Assembly: GCA_048940645.1 (NCBI GenBank) | Contig: JBHLOI010000033.1 | Location: forward strand, 1 to 22,020 | Reading direction: 5' to 3' | DNA: 22,020 nt | DNA from: Promethearchaeota archaeon | Lineage (GTDB): Archaea; Asgardarchaeota; Lokiarchaeia; Sigyniarchaeales; SOKP01 | In this document: piece after piece, positions 17,419 to 22,020 of the stretch | Layout of the letters: every line of letters begins with the position of its first letter | Position numbering within the stretch: position 1 is the first letter of the stretch | Notes under the pieces: model-generated | The model's input: only the letters and a program-made list of their open reading frames with translations | Told to the model about the DNA's origin: nothing | Databases searched by the model: none | Made by a program: the position numbers and the translations under genes

Positions 17419-18486
17419 TTGAAGAAAATGAACAGAAAAAGAAAAGCATTTATAAGATATATTGGGATTCTTATTTTATTACTACTCCCCTTATTTGGAC
17501 TGATTGGAGTTGTAATTAGTAGAACTAGTATTACTCCTAATGATGAATTTTTTGTAATAACTAAGGGAGAAATCCCAGATATTAATATAAGTAACTGGAC
17601 ATTAACGTTTGACGGACATATTAACAATAACTTGCTCTTTAATTATTCCGACTTTACTTCTCAGCCTTCAAAAGAGGTTTTGGCAACAATTCAATGTGTT
17701 GAAGGGCCTTCTGGTACAGCTTTATGGAAAGGTGTCTCTGTTAAATATTTACTAGACTTAGCAGAATTAAAAACTGGAGCTGTAGATGTTGTTTTCTACG
17801 CCGCAGATGCATATTCTTCCTCATTAACTATTGAAGAAGCAAGTGCAGATGATGTTCTTTTAGCATATGAAATGAATAGTGAGCTTCTTCCTGTTGAGCA
17901 AGGGTTTCCTGTCAGAGTGGTTGCTCCAAACCATCAAGGATATAAATGGGTGAAATGGGTTGTTAGAGTTGAGGTTGTAAATTATGATTATGAAGGTTAT
18001 TGGGAAAGTCAGGGATGGAATGATGATGCTTCCATTACACCTTTCTCAGATTGGATTTGGCATGCTATGCTATTATCGATCTCTTTAGTATTCGGAGGTG
18101 TTGCTATTATATCAGGTTTAAAAAGGTCTCCTATAACAAAATTTTTCCGTGATCTTCCAAAATTTGTAAATAAAAAGTTCCATATTGCTGTTGGTATTAG
18201 CTACTTTCTTACTTCTCTGGGAGTTTTCTTATATTGGATTATTTCTACAATTACAAATAGAGGAGCTATTTTTTATACGATTCATGGTATAACGGCTTTA
18301 ATATCCATCATTCTAGTTATACCTGGAGTTATTACAGGTTTTAAAAAATCAAAAAAGAGAGATAAATACGAAAAAACCTTGCACTACAGGTTTAACCTCT
18401 ATTCTTTTTATCTGTTTTTAGCAACAATTTTATTAGGATTTTCATTAGTATTTTTCAATATTTTCCGTTTAGATTTACTCTTTTAG
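17419..18486 (+). CDS. Sulfite oxidase/MsrP-family molybdopterin oxidoreductase fused to a C-terminal 4-TM domain (start may be ATG 17428)
   Basis: TPNDEFFV, TIQCVEG (Mo-ligating Cys), ALWKGV, LLAYEMN..LLP..QGFPVRVVAP...GYKWVKWV, GYWE..GW. Confidence 0.9.
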   Translation: MKKMNRKRKAFIRYIGILILLLLPLFGLIGVVISRTSITPNDEFFVITKGEIPDINISNWTLTFDGHINNNLLFNYSDFTSQPSKEVLATIQCVEGPSGTALWKGVSVKYLLDLAELKTGAVDVVFYAADAYSSSLTIEEASADDVLLAYEMNSELLPVEQGFPVRVVAPNHQGYKWVKWVVRVEVVNYDYEGYWESQGWNDDASITPFSDWIWHAMLLSISLVFGGVAIISGLKRSPITKFFRDLPKFVNKKFHIAVGISYFLTSLGVFLYWIISTITNRGAIFYTIHGITALISIILVIPGVITGFKKSKKRDKYEKTLHYRFNLYSFYLFLATILLGFSLVFFNIFRLDLLF

Positions 18487-18507
18487 TATAATATTAAAAT
18501 TTTAAAA

Positions 18508-18966
18508 GTGAAAATTATGCCTGATGATGAGAAAATCCTTGAAAATTACGAAGAACCCGACATTGCGGTTGAGTATATCTTTATCGAAAGGGCAGAGGAA
18601 CAAATCAAACCTATTAATGAGGATCAAGGATATTTAATGGGATTTATTAATATATTTATCTCTGATACTTTTAAGAACGATAATCTTATTGCGTTTAAGA
18701 CTCAACTATTAGATGAGTTAAACTACAGCGTAAAAACTTATGACCATTTTAAATCGGAAGCTGTTGATCTGAATGAATATAAATTTGGTCTAGTTGACAA
18801 CCATCGAAACGTTATAGAATTTAATGTAATGAATGATGCATTTTTCAAGGCTCTAATGGATTCATTAAGAAATTTAATGATTGTTGGAAATAATTTTGAT
18901 ATAGAAAAATTCAAGAACCACGACATTTTCTACAGTTGGTTTGATAATTATACTAACAAGATTTAG
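18508..18966 (+). CDS. Acidic hypothetical protein (start may be ATG 18517)
   Basis: 152-aa ORF tightly packed between co-oriented genes. Confidence 0.7.
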   Translation: MKIMPDDEKILENYEEPDIAVEYIFIERAEEQIKPINEDQGYLMGFINIFISDTFKNDNLIAFKTQLLDELNYSVKTYDHFKSEAVDLNEYKFGLVDNHRNVIEFNVMNDAFFKALMDSLRNLMIVGNNFDIEKFKNHDIFYSWFDNYTNKI

Positions 18967-18989
18967 AAATTGAATCTGTTCATAGTTCC

Positions 18990-20333
18990 TTGTTCTTAGT
19001 GATACTTTATATAATAGAAACCACTTCTTTATATTTAATGAATTTATCTGCAGTAATACTTATCTTGGTTTTATTTGCGATTTTAATGGCTTTTTTTTCT
19101 CAATCTAAAATTGATTATTTCCCTATTGCATTAATCATTGGAGCCATCGCAGTAGTTTCAATGCTCACGTTTACTACTATGGATGAGGCGGAAATTCTCG
19201 GATTTATCGATTTTAACACGTTAATTTTCATATTTGCCATGCAGATAATCATCTATTTTGCCACATATAATCGAGTAATAGAATATATTGCGATTAAATT
19301 GATTTTTATCACGAAAGGGAATAATCGGTTATTTTTCTATATGATTTGTTTGTTTACTGGCACTATTGTTGCCTTTGTAGAGGATTTAACCCTCTCATTG
19401 ATATTGATTCCATTGATCTACAGGACATGCCGAATTTTAGATATACCCGCTGGTACTTATATGATGGGGATGACTATTACTATAAACATCGGAGCAATAC
19501 TAACGCCTGTCTCTAGCTTAAAAAATTTGATCATTGGGAGGGAGTTTGAGTGGGGTTTTGGACAATACCTTGCTAATATGGGTATATTGTTTATAATCAC
19601 GCTAATATCCACTATTTTCTTAATGGATCGGTTCATATTAAAAAAAGAAGAGAAACCGACTGAAAAGAACAAGAAAATACTGTTATCAATAATCGAGCCG
19701 GAAATTGTGATCCTGAGTAAAAAGTACTTTGTAATAACAATTATCATTATTCTTACCACTTTTGGGTTAATGATCATAGGATTTGAACCTGCTCTTGTTG
19801 CAATCATATCTGCAGCTATTCTTCTTCTTATTCACTCTAAAAAAACTAAATTTTCGGATCTTAAAGACGAAATTTCGTGGAGGATCATCATAATTTTTGC
19901 AATCTTGTTCATTCTTTCGAATTCTTTATCACGATTAGGTTTTTCAGAGTTGATCTCCACAGGTCTGGTAAACTTGGTAAATGATAACATTTACCTCGCT
20001 GTATTGATAACACTAAGCCTTTCTTCTCTCTTGTCCGCATTTCTAGCTGGAACGCCCGTTACTATAATCCTTCTCCCGATTTTTTCGGCACTCATCGGAG
20101 AAGGTTTCTTTCCTAATCCGATCATCATTGCGTTCATAAGTGGTGTTAATATGGCAGGCAACTTTTTACCTCAAGGTTCTGCTTGTGATCTTCTAACCCT
20201 CTCATTGGCAAAAAAATATAAAGTGGTGAATTTAAATTACAAGCGCTTGCTAAAAAATGGCGCTCTTTTCGCAACGATTCACTTCTTTATTATATTGGGA
20301 TACACAATGATTTACACTTTATTTTTAAGTTAG
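18990..20333 (+). CDS. ArsB/NhaD/CitMHS (SLC13-like) ion transporter superfamily permease (start may be ATG 19038)
   Basis: About 11-13 TM segments; IDFNTLIFIF, NIGAILTPVSSLKNLII and NMAGNFLPQGSACDL hairpin motifs. Confidence 0.88.
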   Translation: MFLVILYIIETTSLYLMNLSAVILILVLFAILMAFFSQSKIDYFPIALIIGAIAVVSMLTFTTMDEAEILGFIDFNTLIFIFAMQIIIYFATYNRVIEYIAIKLIFITKGNNRLFFYMICLFTGTIVAFVEDLTLSLILIPLIYRTCRILDIPAGTYMMGMTITINIGAILTPVSSLKNLIIGREFEWGFGQYLANMGILFIITLISTIFLMDRFILKKEEKPTEKNKKILLSIIEPEIVILSKKYFVITIIIILTTFGLMIIGFEPALVAIISAAILLLIHSKKTKFSDLKDEISWRIIIIFAILFILSNSLSRLGFSELISTGLVNLVNDNIYLAVLITLSLSSLLSAFLAGTPVTIILLPIFSALIGEGFFPNPIIIAFISGVNMAGNFLPQGSACDLLTLSLAKKYKVVNLNYKRLLKNGALFATIHFFIILGYTMIYTLFLS

Positions 20334-20582
20334 GAGATAATAATTATTCTAACTCATTATAAGTAATTCAGTTTGGAGGAGATAAGTTCATTCATTATAT
20401 TAAAAATTTCTCTAATTTCTTTAAACCCAACAATTTTGTGTTAAATTAAACTCGTTATTACTAAGGATCTAAATATATCTTCCTTTCTATTACAAAAAAA
20501 TAAATTTATGAAAAGTTTTTTAATATTTAAGAAAGAACAATTAATAGGTAGATTCCATAAATAAAATATTATAAAATTCTTT

Positions 20583-21950
20583 ATGACTGAGGAAGGAAAG
20601 TTTATTTCAGTACTTAATGAGATTAAAGAAATCTTTCAGTTTTTAACTGAAGGTGAACCATCACCGGACGATGAGATAGATGCTAGAGGAAAACTTATTA
20701 ATAATTTCAGCCATATCAAAAATTTCAATGTGTTTCCCGAATATAAAGAGCTTACTGAAACCATTCTTCACAAATTAGAAGATTGGGATACGCTTGATTT
20801 ATGGTTTTCAGAGACTTCAATTCCTGATGATATAAGAACATTATTAAAAATACCTCAAAAACCAGAAGAAATTTTAAAAAAAGAAGCTAGCGAATCAATC
20901 AAACAACCAACTGAACGAGTAGTTGAGAAAACAGAGATAGATATGACCCAAATTGTCAATAAAGTATCTGAACAGTTTAAAGGAGAAATTGAAGGTTTAA
21001 AAGGTAAGATTGAAGATCTTAAAAAAGAATTAGAGAAAAAGGATCAAACTCTTAAATCCATTTCTAAAAAGAAAGAAGTTAAGAAAATCGTGCCTAAGAA
21101 AGAACCTATATTACCTCCCCCAAAAATAAAAATTCCAGTTTTTAAAAGACCACCAATAAAACCTCAGATAAAAACTCAAGAGAAAGAAGAAACTAAAATC
21201 GAGCCAATTAAGCTAGAACCTATAAAAAGACATGAGGAAGAAGTTCATAAGGAGTTAACCCCTATTCCTAAGAAGTCAGCTGAGGAAATTTCTGGAGTTG
21301 CAATTCCTATTCCAAAAGAAAAACCACAGATAAGTACATTTGTACAAGAAACCAATGATATCCCAATCATCACTGAAAAACGTAAAATTACTCCCATTGT
21401 AGTAGAAGAATCTGAATTTGAACCAAAACTGGAGTTAGAGTCGGAAGAAAAGCAATCTGTAATTTTTTCAGTTGAAAAACCTAAAATTTCCTCTATGAAA
21501 ATCGAGGAAATCGAAACAGGATCAATAAAATCAAGTACAACAGATTTATTCAATGTTTTTTCATCGGTAGGAGAAAAATCATCAGAATCTAAAGAAAAGA
21601 AAGCAGGATTAAAAGGACCTAAGATGAATTTAAATAGTGAAAAAGAAGAAGGTTCCCAGGTCACTCCGTTTATTAATTTTAATCAATCAGAGCAAGCTAT
21701 TAGGGAGAATGAGATTATAGGGTCTGAAGAGGAACTACCAACAGATAAGGATTCTTTATACCAAGAATTAATCGCCTTAGAAGGAAAACGGTATTCATTA
21801 GAAAAAGATTTTAAAGAATTAGATACAAATTATCAAAAAGGTTCTATTGCTGATATTCAATACAAGAATGAAAGTATGGTTCTTAAAAATAAATTAAATG
21901 ATATAACCTCGAGAATCAATAAAATAAGAAGAATTATTGCTAGTTTATAA
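20583..21950 (+). CDS. Coiled-coil/Pro-rich low-complexity protein with a C-terminal steadiness-box-like helical hairpin
   Basis: Helical N-domain, heptad coiled coil (FKGEIEGLKGKIEDLKKELEKKD), PILPPPKIKIP region, long E/K/P/S linker, C-terminal LYQELIAL...LE.....L......GSI. Confidence 0.8.
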   Translation: MTEEGKFISVLNEIKEIFQFLTEGEPSPDDEIDARGKLINNFSHIKNFNVFPEYKELTETILHKLEDWDTLDLWFSETSIPDDIRTLLKIPQKPEEILKKEASESIKQPTERVVEKTEIDMTQIVNKVSEQFKGEIEGLKGKIEDLKKELEKKDQTLKSISKKKEVKKIVPKKEPILPPPKIKIPVFKRPPIKPQIKTQEKEETKIEPIKLEPIKRHEEEVHKELTPIPKKSAEEISGVAIPIPKEKPQISTFVQETNDIPIITEKRKITPIVVEESEFEPKLELESEEKQSVIFSVEKPKISSMKIEEIETGSIKSSTTDLFNVFSSVGEKSSESKEKKAGLKGPKMNLNSEKEEGSQVTPFINFNQSEQAIRENEIIGSEEELPTDKDSLYQELIALEGKRYSLEKDFKELDTNYQKGSIADIQYKNESMVLKNKLNDITSRINKIRRIIASL

Positions 21951-22020
21951 TGTTAAACTTAATTAGTAGAAAATTTATCTTTAATAATTTCATACACTGG
22001 TGGCATTACTAACTTATGTT

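Overview
AT-rich window that most likely comes from an Asgard archaeon (Lokiarchaeia-like). This is inferred from the Rab-like small GTPases, LRR and TPR proteins, membrane-anchored NosD-like beta-helix paralogues, GGTGA/GAGG-type RBSs and frequent TTG/GTG starts. The left half (about 1-10.4 kb) looks like an accessory patchwork: a 5'-truncated ApeA-like HEPN gene, an LRR+TPR gene, a trpA-like relic, a stand-alone PARP-type zinc finger, an FRG protein, a MarR/SRPBCC pair with twin palindromic operators, a 27-bp tandem repeat, a DUF4261-like gene and a dispersed ~35-bp intergenic repeat. The best candidate for an undescribed system is a co-oriented three-gene locus at 10541-15236. Gene 1 is an intact Rab-like GTPase fused to a degenerate GTPase-like domain, a coiled coil and a TIR domain; its true start is probably a CTG 135 nt upstream of the ORF-track call, which restores the P-loop. 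Gene 2 is a winged-helix+TPR protein resembling an NLR/STAND sensor that lacks its ATPase. Gene 3 is a catalytically degenerate pseudo-Rab with a C-terminal Zn-binding domain. The right end holds a sulfite-oxidase-family Mo domain fused to a 4-His cytochrome-b561-like membrane domain, an ArsB/NhaD/SLC13-type permease, and a coiled-coil/Pro-rich protein whose C-terminus resembles the ESCRT-I steadiness box. All calls rest on motif recognition by eye; no searches were run.
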